DNA of 64,000 nt from positions 11,346,001-11,410,000 of the forward strand of contig JBHGNT010000009.1 in assembly GCA_043228905.1 (NCBI GenBank), read 5' to 3'. The notes under the pieces are model-generated. The model did not search any database and was not told the DNA's origin. It worked only from the letters and a program-made list of their open reading frames with translations. Of the stretch, positions 1 to 12,772 are shown one piece after another (the stretch's first letter is position 1; each line of letters starts with the position of its first letter). The translations under genes were made by a program, and so were the position numbers. Source of the DNA: Azolla caroliniana. Its lineage: Eukaryota; Plantae; Polypodiophyta.

Positions 1-552
1 CTGGACTGCACCATGCGTTCTCAATGCTTGCTTTGCTATTCCAGAAACCACACAATGGATCGGTGCGAGTATAACTTGTTGAATCGGCAAGCGCCACCGG
101 TCTGGCAAATCGAACCATGGAGCAACCAGGAGGACGAAGAAGAGCGCTGGCGGCGAGAGGAGCGTTACCGACCGGCACAAGATGTATGGTACAGTGATCG
201 AAGAGACGCTTATGACCACGATCGGTATGATAGATATGATAGATATCGAAACTATAATGGGGAACGGAATGAGCGATACAACCGGGATCACTCCCTCGGT
301 TACAACCCACGAAGGGAGGACTATGGGAAGTATGATGACCGTCCCTAACAGGATTACCGGAACAAAAGGCATTTCAACAAAAAAAGGCATTTCAATAAAA
401 AAGGAGATCACCAACGGGACTCGGAAAAGGGTACACCAAGCACCCAAGTAGACCAAGGCCAAGCACTTACAACAGTACCTCAACCGGGTGCCAAAGCAAA
501 AGTAGAATCCAGCAACAGTAACCAATGTCCGGCGAAAAGCTACGATAAGTGA
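1..552 (+). pseudogene. gag: Element A gag C-terminal remnant
   Basis: Degenerate zinc knuckle (CLLCYSRNHTMDRC) and an R/D/Y-rich tail directly upstream of pol; internal stops. Confidence 0.65.
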
Positions 553-564
553 CCAGCGGTAAAC

Positions 565-2958
565 ATGGTGGTAGCGGATGTCGCGGACATACAACAAGTG
601 ACCACGAGGTCAAAAGGAAAAGCAACGAAATGGGAAACCCAAGAAGCCATCCGGAAGCAGGCCACCGAATGGGTAAAGAAGGAAAATGAGCGGAATGTGG
701 CAGAACTGGAACAACAAAAGGAGAATCCAGAGGAGCCCAACGGTAATAACCAGGCGGAAAACCCAACATGGCAGGCGTTGCAAGAATGCCAAATCACGCT
801 GCCATTAGGTCAGCTATTGCAGTTAGTACCTCAGTTTATGGAAGGACTGAAGACGGGAATGACTGCGGTTGACACGCCATCGGCTCCGACGTTCTTTTCT
901 AATCCGGAGGAAGGACCGACGGTAGTGGACACGAGCAGTCCGGCTATCACAGCCATCGTCAAGGGACGAGAGCTACCCGGAACGATTATTGACGGAGGAT
1001 CCGACGTGAACGTGATTAGCCTCCGAACTTGTAATACCCTAGGAATCCAGGACTGGGAGCCATGCCCGTTTTGGCTCCGGATGGCGAACACAAGTTCAAT
1101 AAGACCTACCGGATTGATACGAGATTTGGAAGTGACTATCAGAGGTCACACATTTCGCATCTCGGCAATAGTCCTCCAGCTCAATGCACAAGGGGCATAT
1201 CCACTATTGTTGGGCCGCCCATGGCTAAAAATAGTGCACATCAAGCAAAACTGGTGGAAAAACATAATTACTTTCCGGCGCGGCAAAGCGAAAGTACGAG
1301 TACCTACACTACCACGTTCGAGTACCGACAAGGAGCTAACACCGATGTATGCGGAATGTGTCAATATGCTTGAAGGATTGGCTAATGAAGAGGTCGATCA
1401 TTACTTACAGGAGAATCCGAAAATTGTACCTTTATTTGAAATTGATGTCGCCAAAGCAGTGGCACCATATATAATGCAACTGGAGTATGCCGTTGAAGAA
1501 CCGGAAAAAGAAGCCATCAGAGAGTTACGGCAAGCGCAGGAAACTTTGGAGAAGGAATTGGTAGTATCTCAACACGTAAAAACCTCTGAACTGGAAGATG
1601 TAAACCTAGGCACCACAAAAGACACAAGACCAGTTCACATCGCCAAAGAAATGACTCCAGGAAGGAAGATAGCAATGATCACCTTATTAAAGGAGTTCCG
1701 GGATGTGTTCGCGTGGTCTTACGAGGACATGCAGGGGCTAGATCCTCAGTTGTATCAACACCATATACATCTGAGTAAGGATGCCAAGCCGGTGGCGCAA
1801 CGGCGCTACCGTATGAACCCTAACTATGCAGCAAAAGTGAAGGACGAAAGCGACAAATTGTTACGGGTAGGGTTCATCCGACCGGTCAAGAAGGCGACAT
1901 GGCTGAGTCTGATAGTCGTCGTACTAAAAAAGAACGGAAAAATCAGGGTACGTGTCGACTACCGGAAGTTGAATGCGGCAACGGTAACCGACGCCTTCCC
2001 ACTCCCTTTTACGAATGGAGTCCTGGATGCGATAGCCAGTCACGAAGTTTATAGTTTCTTGCACGGGTTCAGCGGCTACAATTAGATCCGGATGCACCCC
2101 GACCACCAGGAGAAAACCGCTTTTGTTACCGAATGGGGAGTATTCGTCACCGTAGTCATGATGTTCGGACTTAAAACGGCGCCAGAAACCTTCCAGCGGA
2201 TAATCATGGATATTTTCAGAGAATTTATTCCAACATTCATGCAGGTGTTCCTAGACGATTTCGCCGTGTATAGCCAGGAAAGGGAATACCTCCAATACCT
2301 CCGACTATGTCTTGAGAAATGCAGGGTTTACCGGTTAAGCCTTAACCCGGCGAAATGCGTGTTCGGTGTGTCAAGCGGTGCATTACTAGGCCACATCGTT
2401 AACAAGGACGGTATTGCAATAGACCCGAACAAGGTCAAAGCAATTTTGGAGGCACCAGCACCCACCATGGCGAAAGCATTGAGTCGGTTCCTAGGACAAA
2501 TCCGGTGGCATAGCCGGATGCTCCGGTATCTAGTAGACCTGGCCACACCATTGCATGTTGCGGTGCATTGGACACCGTTTCAATGGACGGACATAGAGGA
2601 GAAGGCGTACCGGGCATTAAAAGTACTACTATCACAAGCACCGGTGGTGCAACCTCTGCATTGGTCTAAGGAATTCCACGTATTCGTAGACGCGTCCGAC
2701 ATAGCAATTGGGAGCGCATTAATGCAGCTTATCGAACCAAAGTGGTACCAACCCGTGTATTATGCCAGCCGGAAGTTGTCCCAGGCGGAACGTAATTACT
2801 CAACGATGGAAAGAGAAGCCTTAGGCATGATCTACAGTGTCACCAAGTTCTGACACTATTTATTGGGGAGGAAATGTTCCTTTCATGTAGACCATTCGGC
2901 GCTACTTTACCTGGTCTCTAAAGCATCACTCATGGGTAAGTTGGCCCGGTGGACTTTA
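565..2958 (+). pseudogene. pol: Element A pol: protease, RT, RNase H (disrupted)
   Basis: IIDGGSDVN protease; VDYRKLN, MMFGLK and VFLDD RT motifs; FVDASD and NYSTMEREAL RNase H motifs; stops at 2085 and 2853. Confidence 0.95.
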
Positions 2959-3623
2959 TGTCACGAAGTTTCGCGTTCGCGTGTAGGAAGAGGCGAGACC
3001 ACGGGGGTCTTGGACCAAGGAGAGAGTGAGAGAGAGAGAGAGAGAGATGCAAGCTCATAGGAAGAGATTAAGAGCAAGGAAACAGGAATCCGATTACTAT
3101 AGTCAATAGCTTACAACTCGAATAGTTACAACCGGCAACCCGGTAATGGACCTGACACGGGGTTCTACTCACGCACACCGACGACAGCCACACGACTCGA
3201 AGAAACAAAAGGGGAAAAGGGGAGAGAGAGACTCTGCTGGAAGCACACGGGCTGTCCACGAAGCAGAGGCAGCGAACTCCCGACACCCGCAAAGAACGAC
3301 GATCAAAGGAGAGAGAGCTCGGCACTCGGTTCTGCAACAGCACTTCGTCCTCGCAAACGCGCGCCCCCCCCTTCTTTCCTCCTTCTCTCCTCTTCTTTTA
3401 TAGTTCCCCCAAAAGGGGTGCCCCCCCTTTCCCTAATCAAATCGCTTTATTCCCTGTCCCTTCTGACAGAGATACGCACGATCCCTCCTAATAAATGTGC
3501 ACTACCTAGTATTTACATCAGTTGATCCAATATCAAAATATCAATTCATGCGCCCATCCGTGTAAGAGCCGGTTCATGCGCCTTTTTCTCCGATTTCGCC
3601 TATGCCCAGTTTTCTTCACGACA
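2959..3623 (-). repeat. B 3' LTR
   Basis: Direct repeat of 13791-14443; flanked internally by the PPT GGTTTGGTGGGGGCGGA on the minus strand. Confidence 0.95.
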
Positions 3624-3692
3624 TCCGCCCCCACCAAACCACGCATCCACCGGCATGCGCCAGAGACGGGTAGATACCGAAGAAGACCAGGT

Positions 3693-4418
3693 TCACTCGT
3701 CGTTCTCAAATTCTCCGTCGGGCCCAAACTGATCGTTGTTGTCGCTCATGCTCGCAGGCTCCGGCTTGTCTTCGAACCGCTTCTTGAACGCTTTGATCCG
3801 CTTCCCGGCCACCGGCATCGCTAACCGTGTCCCGTCGAGTTCCACGAGGTGGTACGTGCCGTTGTCGTTCGCGCTCGTCACCGTGTCGGGCCCGAACCAT
3901 GTCCTAGCGAACTTTCGCACCGCCTTGTGCTGATTGTCGAGGCTGCTATCGTATACCAAGACCCAGTCGCCTTCGTCGATCGGCTTCTGTCCGTACATCA
4001 GCTCTGCCGGCATAAACCCTGTCACCGAACTGTGCGTAGTTCGGTCCGCCCATAGTGCGTAAGGAAGGAGCCACGGCCAATTCCCGACCTGCCCTCCGCA
4101 TGCACGCACCGACGCCATTACGATCGGCCCGTGCCCACATTCTACCTTTCCGTTCGCCTACGGATTGTACGCCATAGTGAGGCAGAGTTTGACGCCTAGC
4201 CGGTCGAACAGCTCCTTAGCTTCCCGCGCATCCAGCTCTCCCCGGGCCGCCACAATCCTCCTGACGCACCCGTACCGACACACTACCTCTTTGATCAGGA
4301 ACCGGCATACCACCGCGGTTGTCTTGGTCTGCAGTGCACGGCCTTCCACCTAGTTCGTTAAGTCTTCCCGTGCAAGCACCAGGTATCACATTTGTCCTAC
4401 TCCCATCGGCATCGTCAC
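3693..4418 (-). pseudogene. pol: B integrase C-terminal part
   Basis: VVCRYG, AYNP, WADRTTH and WFGP (GPY/F) motifs; homologous to D integrase, with a deletion at KPI|DEGDW. Confidence 0.9.
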
Positions 4419-4869
4419 TGTTAGTAATAGTACTAAGCAGAGATGGAATTAGTACTAAAGAAGAGCAGTACTATTAGTACTAAGAGGACGGGACTGCGTA
4501 AGACTCCCGAGAGAGAGAGAAAGAGAGAAGAGAAAAGAGAGATAGCGAGGATGAGAGAGAGAGAGAGAGATGATGATGATAACAGCCAATATATTATGTG
4601 AAGGATAAGTACAAAATGGCTAAGAGGCTTAAGACTGACGTTGAACCAATTTGGTTCAACATAATGCCTAGTGCCTTCTTTTATAGTGTTGTCAGGAGTA
4701 ATCTTGAAACTTCTAGAATGTTCCAAAGAAATCTTGAATATACATTACTTTCTTATAATAAAACATAAATGAAAATAATATCCTATGAATTAAAATAGAT
4801 GGTGTGATGGTTAAGAGCTCGACCCATATACCATAAGGTTATGGGTTCGAGTCCTACCATATCATAACA
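4419..4869 (-). repeat. C 3' LTR
   Basis: TG...CA ends; direct repeat of 9698-10148. Confidence 0.95.
4795..4862 (+). promoter_or_regulatory. tRNA-like A-box/B-box module in C LTR U3 (second copy at ~10074-10141)
   Basis: TGGTGTGATGG followed by GGTTCGAGTCC at tRNA-like spacing; the cloverleaf is degenerate. Confidence 0.6.
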
Positions 4870-4880
4870 CTATCTCTCCC

Positions 4881-7800
4881 TTAAAGATGACGAGTGGAAC
4901 GAGTCGGCGCTGATTGCGGATCGGGTTTGTCCGGATACTTTCGGTGGAAATCAGCAAGCAGATCCTGAGCATTGGCAACATGCTCGACGGGTTCCCAAGT
5001 GCGTTCGCTCGGACTATAACCAAGCCAATCGACCAAATAATAAAGTTTGTTGCGAATAAGTTTGGAATCGAGGATGGCAGCAACTTCATACTCCGGGCCG
5101 ACGTCCAACTCCAGCGGGGGCGGCGGTGGTGTAACATGATTGGGAATGGTGTTTGCGTTGTAAGGTTCAAGAAGAGAACAATGGAAAACCGGATGTATCT
5201 GAAGCTACAGAGGGAGATCGAGGCGAAATGTGACATCATTAACCTTACCCGTAATACGGAAAGGACCGAGTCGTCGATAATCCAACTTGTCACACGGTCG
5301 AGTAGTCTTGATGTGACGACGTAAGAGCCATACTCGATCTCCGATGGCAAAAGAGGAGGGAAGCCGATGATGATCCGCGTAAGTCTTCTGTGTCTGTTGA
5401 GCATGACGAAGATGAGTCGAGAGATCTGTCTGGATCTTGCGTTGTCTGTCCAAATGATCCCCGGCACGAGGATTGGTAGGTAGCTCCGGGGTGTCGATCA
5501 CTGACCAGCGAGGATGAGAACCGGTATAAGCGTAGAATGGGGAGAGACTCGAGTGGAGGAGTGAACATTATTATACGCAAACTCCGCAAAGTGGAGAATC
5601 TCGGCCCAATCATCCTGTTGATAACTCAGGAAACACCTGATATATTGCTCCAGCGTTTGGTTTGTTCGTTCCGCCTGCCGATCGGTCTGAGGATGGTAGC
5701 CGGAGGAGAGGTTGCAAGAGACCTTGAGCATCTTGAAGAGATGCTGCCAAAATTTTGAGACAAATTGCGGTCCTCGACAAATTGCGGTCCTTGGTCATTG
5801 ATGATACTGTCTGGGAGGCCATGATGCCGAAATACCTCACGCATGACTAGGGCGGCGGTTTCCTCGCTAGTGATGGCCCTAGTACACGAAACAAAATGTG
5901 CCATCTTCGTATATTGATCGACGACAGTTAAGATAGCATCGAACCCCTGCGAGACCGGCAGATCTGTGATAAAATCAAGACAAATAGACTGCCACGGCTT
6001 ACTTAGAATCGGTAAGGGTTCCAACAAGCCATATGGATGGTGTCGTGACATCTTTGCTCGGCAGCAAGCATCACAGGTCCGAACGTAGTCGTCGACAAAA
6101 CGGCGCATGTGGGGCCACAAAAAAGATCGTTGCACTAGCTCCAACGTCTTAGTACTACCGAAATGTCCCGACGTATGGGTGTCGTGACAATGTTGGACGA
6201 TTTGAAGGCGACAAGAGCAATCGGGGACATATACGCGCTTTTTAAAGAATAACAAACCATCATGATATTCGAATTGTCGGTAGTCAATACCTGGTTGTTG
6301 AGACTGAGAACAGGATGCCCGAGAAGTATCAATGTGTGCCAGGATGTCTTGAGCAAAACTATCCGTCTTCAAGTTTGCACGTATGTCATCGGTAATCCGT
6401 GAATCCATCGGGGTGTGAAAAATTTGCGTCGTGTGCAATCGTGTTGGTCCCAAGATTACTTGCTTTTGATTATCAAATGTTGGATCACCAGGACGAGGTG
6501 CAAGATATGAACGTCGTGATAGTGCATCTGCTTTTCCTTGCTGCTTCCCCGGTCGATATGTGATTTTGAAGTCGAAATGCGTGAGGAATTGCGCCCACCG
6601 AGCTTGCCGTCGATTTAGTACGTGAGCGTTCTGGAAATAAGCAAGATTTTTATGATCACTAAAGACAATGACCTCATGTGGAGAGCCCTCTAAGAAATGC
6701 CGCCATTGCACAAATGAATCCACGATGGCTAATAACTCCTTGTCATGTATTTCATAGTTGATTTCCGCGACATCGAATTTGCGCGAATGGAAAGCCACCG
6801 GATGCAACTCTTCTTTATCTCCTTGTTGAGAAAGGATGCTACCGAGGGCGAAATCTGAAGCATCGGCCTCTATCATGAATGGTTTGCTGGTATCCACATG
6901 AGTTAGAATCAGTGCTGATGTAAAGGCTTTCATAAGATGCCGAAAAGCCATATCTGCTTCGATGGACCAAAGAAATGCTTGGCCCTTCTTCGTAAGTTGT
7001 GTGAGGGGTAAAATAATCTTTGAATAATCCTGTATAAACTTACGATAGAAGTTAGCAAAACCTAGAAAACATTGTACATCTCGTGCCGACCGTGGAATTT
7101 GCCACTCTAGTACAGTTTGGACTTTAGCTGGATCCATGGCGATGCCCTTTGAGGAGATGATGTAGCCTAGAAATTCCACTTGCTTGCAGTCAAAGCTACA
7201 TTTTTCTAGCTTGGCATAAAGACCATTCTCGCAGAGTCGCTTTAGTACTAATAGTACATGAGAATCGTGCTCTTGCTGGGTCTTCGAATAAATCAATAGA
7301 TCATCTAGATAGATGATCAAACAGATATCCAAGAGGTCTCTGAATATATCATTTGCCATGTGTTGGAAGACTGCGGGTGCATTGGTTAAGCCGAACAGCA
7401 TAACAGTATACTCGAAATGCCCATACCACGTGCGAAAGGCCGTCTTCCATTCATCTCCCGGCCGGATCCGCACGAGGTTATACGCTCCTCGTAGATCGAT
7501 TTTGGTAAAAAAATTGGCACCATTAACTCACTCTAAAAGACTTGATATAAGAGGAAGTGCATACCTATTCCGGATGGTGACCTTATTCAATCCGCAGTAA
7601 TCAACGACGAGACAAAGTGAGCCATCTTTCTTCTTGACAAAGAAGATGGGTGCACCGGCCGGAGATTTCGAATGACGGATGAACCCACTTGCCAAGTTCT
7701 CCTCTATGTAGGCTCGAAGGACTTCTAACTCGGTGGGTGACAAGTTGTAAATTGGTCCCCATGGTGGCTCGGTTCCTGGTTGTAAATCAATGGGACAGTC

Positions 7801-8466
7801 ATAGGGACGGTGATGAGGAAGGGTACCGGATTTTACCTTGTCAAATACATCTGCATAAGGATGATATTTTGCCGGAAGTTGTACTGAGGAGTCCTTAATA
7901 GTGCTGGAAGGATGTACTGATATTCCAAATAGGAACATTTCCTCCTTGTGTCCTTCTTCGCGTAATTGATGGAGTGAAATGGTCGAAACTCGATGAGTAG
8001 ATTCTTGGGGTGGTCGATATCGGACTTCTCTTGTTCTCCAATCTATGGTTGGATTATGTAATTCAAACCAAGGTAATCCTAGGACAATGGGATGCTGTGG
8101 ACTACTAATTATATTAAATGATATTACACACACAAAACTACCTAGGACAACTTGAATGGGTTCTGATTCTTCTACAATATTCCCGGAAGCAATGGGACGA
8201 CCATCAATGACTACTACAGATGCGGGACAAGGAAGTTTTCTTAGGGATATCTGAGAAGCTTGGGCAAAATTTCGATCCATGAAACAGGAATTAGCTCCGG
8301 AATCTAAAAGTGCTAGGACGGGTACTGGGAGAGTACTTTTAGTACTAACAATGACTTGGGCTAGGAACACATTGCTAACTTGCTTGGAAGGAATGGAACC
8401 ACTAATGGGTTGTACAGATCTAGGGCTACTGTCCAACCAAACGGCTCCTATTTTGGCTGGACTCAA
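4881..8466 (-). pseudogene. pol: C pol: PR-RT-RH-INT-chromodomain
   Basis: LLDSGA, YLDD, EADASD, HHCC zinc finger, DFITDLP, GPF and chromodomain (EYEVAAILDS..YYLVDWLGY..TWEP); several stops and frameshifts. Confidence 0.95.
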
Positions 8467-8482
8467 TCGTTTAACTCTTCAT

Positions 8483-9625
8483 CTAATTGACTAAGGATTT
8501 CAAATTTTGGCTCCTATTTTGACTTGGGCTATTAGTAGTATGAATACTATCTGACACTCTATTAGTACTATTAATACTATCAGACACTCCGAAGGGAAGA
8601 ATTGACTCGGGTTTAGTACAGGCGAAGATTTGATTTACCTGTCTTCTTGGCCTATGGGGACAATTGATGGCAATATGCCCTGGTCCACCGCAATAAAGAC
8701 ATAATCGATTGGCACGTCGTCGTTGCTTTTCTTCTTCCGATAACGGGCCGCGTCGACGCATGGTATCGATCTCCATCAGTGTCGAAGTATTTGCTTGAGG
8801 TATGTCTCGTGCAAACGGTTTAGCCGCGACTGTGGCGTAAGTGGGCTCTGGCCTAGAGCGTGGTATCTATAATTGACGTTCCGAACGCCGTTCGAAAAGG
8901 CGGTTGTCACATCGGACCACTCGACTGATTGCCTCCGTAAGAGACTTTGGTTCTTCGGGAAAAGTTAGAAGTAGATCTTTGACATCGTTTCACAGGCCAT
9001 AGTGAAACTGCTCCATTAGTGCTTGATCATCCCAGGGTATACCTGAAGCAAGTAGGCGGAAATCCGCAGCATAGGCAGAGGCTGGACGATTGCCTTGATG
9101 CAATCGCCGGATCTTGTTGATCTCCGTCCTGATGTTGTCGGTGTCTCCAAAGCAGGCTTTAAACTCACTAATAAAATCTTCAAAATTATTAAGCAAGGGC
9201 AATTGTTTTTCTAGAAGCGGAGCGAACCATGCTAAGGTTGAGCCGCTAAGCAACGTGCCTATTAAGCTGACTCGAGAGGCATCAGTGGGATATCAGGAAG
9301 GATGCATTTGGAGGACTAATCGTACCTGATTAAGGAATCCCCTAAATTGCGATCGCGTTCCATCAAATTTCACAGGAAGTCCAATCTTCGGCTCTTTATG
9401 AAATCCTTGGGGACTTGATCCTTGTTGTTGCAATGCCACTTCGAGTTGTTGCACCCGTAATGCTAACTCCCCATGTTGTTGCTGCGTTTGTTGTTTTTCT
9501 AGAGCGATTTGTTGCAGATCCCCTATCAGTCGTTGGTTTTCTTGTTCCAAGGCAACAAATTTTTCTTTTAAGCAATATAGCTCGGAGAAAACAGATTGAT
9601 ATTCTTGGGCGCTAACAGTAGCCAT
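8483..9625 (-). pseudogene. gag: C gag
   Basis: Coiled-coil N-terminus, [22 protein letters not shown] zinc knuckle; internal stops. Confidence 0.92.
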
Positions 9626-9683
9626 AGTATAGGGAAAAGGGTAGGAGGATGAGGGAGAACGACAAGTAGGTTGGAGGACCGGA

Positions 9684-9697
9684 AAATTGGTTCAAAC
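9684..9697 (-). other. C self-priming site (no tRNA PBS)
   Basis: GTTTGAACCAATTT next to the 5' LTR is complementary to AAATTGGTTCAA located ~30 nt downstream of the LTR TATA box. Confidence 0.8.
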
Positions 9698-10148
9698 TGT
9701 CAGGAATAGTACTAAGCAGAGATGGAATTAGTACTAAAGAAGAGCAGTACTATTAGTACTAAGAGGACGGGACTGCGTAAGACTCCCGAGAGAGAGAGAA
9801 AGAGAGAAGCAAAAAGAGAGATAGCGAGGATGAGAGAGAGAGAGAGAGATGATGATGATAACAACCAATATATTATGTGAAGGATAAGTACAAAATGGCT
9901 AAGAGGCTTAAGACTGACGTTGAACCAATTTGGTTCAACATAATGCCTAGTGCCTTCTTTTATAGTGTTGTCAGGAGTAATCCTGAAACTTCTAGAATGT
10001 TCCAAAGAAATCTTGAATATACATTACTTTCTTATAATAAAACATAAATGAAAATAATATCTTATGAATTACAATAGATGGTGTGATAGTTAAGAGCTCG
10101 ACCCATATACCATAAGGTTATGGGTTCGACTCTTGCCATATCATGACA
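9698..10148 (-). repeat. C 5' LTR
   Basis: Direct repeat of 4419-4869, followed by TSD GTCAC. Confidence 0.95.
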
Positions 10149-12772
10149 GTCACCAAGTCCACCATCCACTTGAAATGGACCGTAGGCGGGTAGGTCGAGT
10201 GTAGTTCGTCCCGGTGTCGGATTGTGGAGTGCATCTGACAGCTTTCACAAGTCGTTACGAACCAATGCACATCTTGGTACAGCCCCGGCCACCAGTACTT
10301 CTCCTTCAGCTTCTCGAACATGGCCCACGTTCCGCGGTGCCCAGCCCAAGAACTCTCGTGAAATGTCGCCAGTAGTTCCTCCTGTTCTTCTTTCTTTGTC
10401 ACTATTCGGAGCGGGATGCCGTTTCTCTTCTTTGGGTGCCTCCATATGCACTTGTCCCGTAGGAAGAATCAGTACACCTTCTTTCGTACCCGGCTCGCCT
10501 CTTCTCTCGTCCATGTTGCGTCTGGCGTCATCGTTCGTAGGAACCTCCCGATTTGGAGCCACTCCCCATCGTACCTGCTTTCGTCAAATTCGTTAAGCGC
10601 CAGAGTGTCCCTTTCCCTCGTCGCTACGTTAGCTGACCCAAAGAAGTTCTCGCCAACTTCTTCGTCATCCAAAACCATGTTGTCTTTGTCGTTGAACCTT
10701 GCTCTTGAAAGCATGTCGGCCATGGCGTTATCCTTTCCGGAGATGTGCCGTATCTCCGGGTTCAGGGACTTAATGTACGCTATCCACCGGAGCATTGCTA
10801 GGTCCGGCGTCGCGCATCCGGAAACCATGCCGAGGATCAACAAGCAGTCTGTCTCGATGATCACCTCCGTCCCGATCAGATAGTCCTTGTTGGCCTTAAC
10901 TACCGAAACAATACCCCAAAGCTCGCGCTTAACTTGGGCGTATCCGCACTGTCGTTCGCTCAATACCTTCGCCCCGAACCGGATCGGGAATCGTACGCCG
11001 TCCTTGTCCTCCTGACTGATTACCCACCCGATCCCGGTCGGGCTGGTGTCCACCGTCACGCAAATGGGGACATCCTTGCCGTAAACCGCTTTATGGAGAG
11101 CCGGCGCTACCGTAAGCGCCTCCTTTAGTCTCCGTACCGACTCCGTGTGCTCCGTCCTCCACTCAAAGCTACGCCCTTTTTTCAATAGTCTGTAGAGAGG
11201 CTCCGCAACATGCGCGTAGTGCGGAATCCAGATGTGGTAGAACGCGCATGCTCCCAAGAATCTGCGGACCTCCATGACGGACCCCCAATCGTCCCTCATC
11301 GCCGAGATGGCCTCTACCTTTGCCAGAGACAGTTTCCTACCGACCGAATAGATCGACCTTCCAACGAAGGCCTCCGCGGACTCGTCTATGGTCGGTCCGA
11401 TTCTTGGGTTACAGATGGTCACCTTGTTGATCAGTTGTAGGTCCTGAATGAAGCGCAGTGTGCCGTTCTTCTTTGGCACCGTAAACCACCAGTTCGAATA
11501 CGGGGCACTCAACGGTTCGAGGATGCTTATCTCCACCTTTTGCTTCTGAAGCTCCATCAACTTCGGGATGTGAGCCCTCGGCACCAGAATCAGTTTGAGA
11601 TTCCATGGTACATTCGGTACCGTGAGCATCTCCATCAGTTCGACGATCGTCCGGTCCACGCACCCGATCTCCTCCGGCAAGAACGGGAAGGCTTTCCCAT
11701 GCCTTCCGAGCATTCTCCGAAACCTGTCCTCCGCCGGCAGCAGGAAGCCACCCCCACCGACCTTGAGCTCCCGTTGCGTTATGTTGGTGAACCGGTGCCC
11801 TATGCCAGCCGGATTCCATAAACTTGGGTCCGACGCGACCCCTTTTATCCGTTCCTCGCTGCCCTCCGGCAAGGGTGCCGCGATTGGCCTCACCTTTCAG
11901 TCCACAGTCTTGTACTTTGTATCCACGCGGGTCGTCCGATCCGACCCGATCCTTTCCCCGAAGTCCGCGATGACTTCGTACATTCCCATCGACCCTATCG
12001 GAACGGTCCGGTCTTCTCTAAGGTCTTCACCGATCACCTTTCGCAACGCGCCCAAGGTGTCGTCAAAAGAGACCGCCTCCACGGCGTTGCTGATCTCTTC
12101 GTCGTGGGAGAGGACTCTACATCCCCTGAGCCGCTCCTCCGCTCGCTTCCTTTCCCGGCTGCTGACGTTGGCTATAGTACAACCTCCATTTTCGGAAAAC
12201 CAAAACTTCCTACCTACTGTACATGTGTGGGGTTCTTCCGGTACGTTCAGACTATCGCAGCCGCTAAGGGTCTCGCGATTCCTCTCATGGTTCGGACGTA
12301 CGGTCATGAATTGGACGGAATGCTGACCGTCCTGGCTCTTGACGCGCGCGTACACCGAACCGTTGTCTAGCACCTTCGTCTCCATGCGTGCTGCCGTAAT
12401 GTATGGTTCGCCGAGAATCACCGGGTGCGAGGATGTTTCCTGCACGAAGAAATGTTGATCTATCTCCACGTCACCGACCTTTACGCGTATATTCAGGCAC
12501 GCACCATGCAGCTCCTCCGTAGCATGCGTCGTCGCGCGTATCTTCCACCCATGCTTGGTGTTGATCGGCCATTTACTCCTCTTGTAGAAATCCATGGACA
12601 TTAGGTTGATTTCAGATCCATGGTCTACCAAGGCCACCACCGGTTCCGGAACGTCGCCGATCCGCACAGGGGTCTCCGTAGTTGCCCTGGCCCAATGCGG
12701 CTTGGCATAGTGGCTTTCCACCAACTCGTCTTCTAGGGTTGTGTCTTCTAAGTGCGTAGTCCGCACCTCCAC
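10149..12772 (-). pseudogene. pol: B pol: PR, RT (catalytic core deleted), RNase H, integrase N-terminus
   Basis: LVDHGSEIN protease; RT jumps SIYSVG|RKLS, losing the FLDD region present in D; VDTSPTG RNase H; H..H..C..C motif. Confidence 0.9.

Larger units (their letters stand above)
4419..10148 (-). mobile_element. Element C: full-length Tcn1-like chromovirus inserted in B integrase
   Basis: 451-bp LTRs at 4419-4869 and 9698-10148 (about a dozen substitutions by eye), perfect TSD GTCAC, PPT at 4870-4886, chromodomain. Confidence 0.95.

Noticed and set aside
550-564. TGA-C between A gag and pol as programmed readthrough
   Set aside because: It is in frame, but CGA>TGA decay is common in this element; a single copy cannot distinguish the two.
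3068-3403. Duplicated small ORFs (3068/13894, 4433/9712, 17871/27879, 29484/34698, 42002/44316)
   Set aside because: They repeat only because they lie inside paired LTRs.
4795-4862. Functional tRNA genes in LTRs
   Set aside because: Acceptor and anticodon stems do not pair convincingly; kept only as tRNA-like modules.
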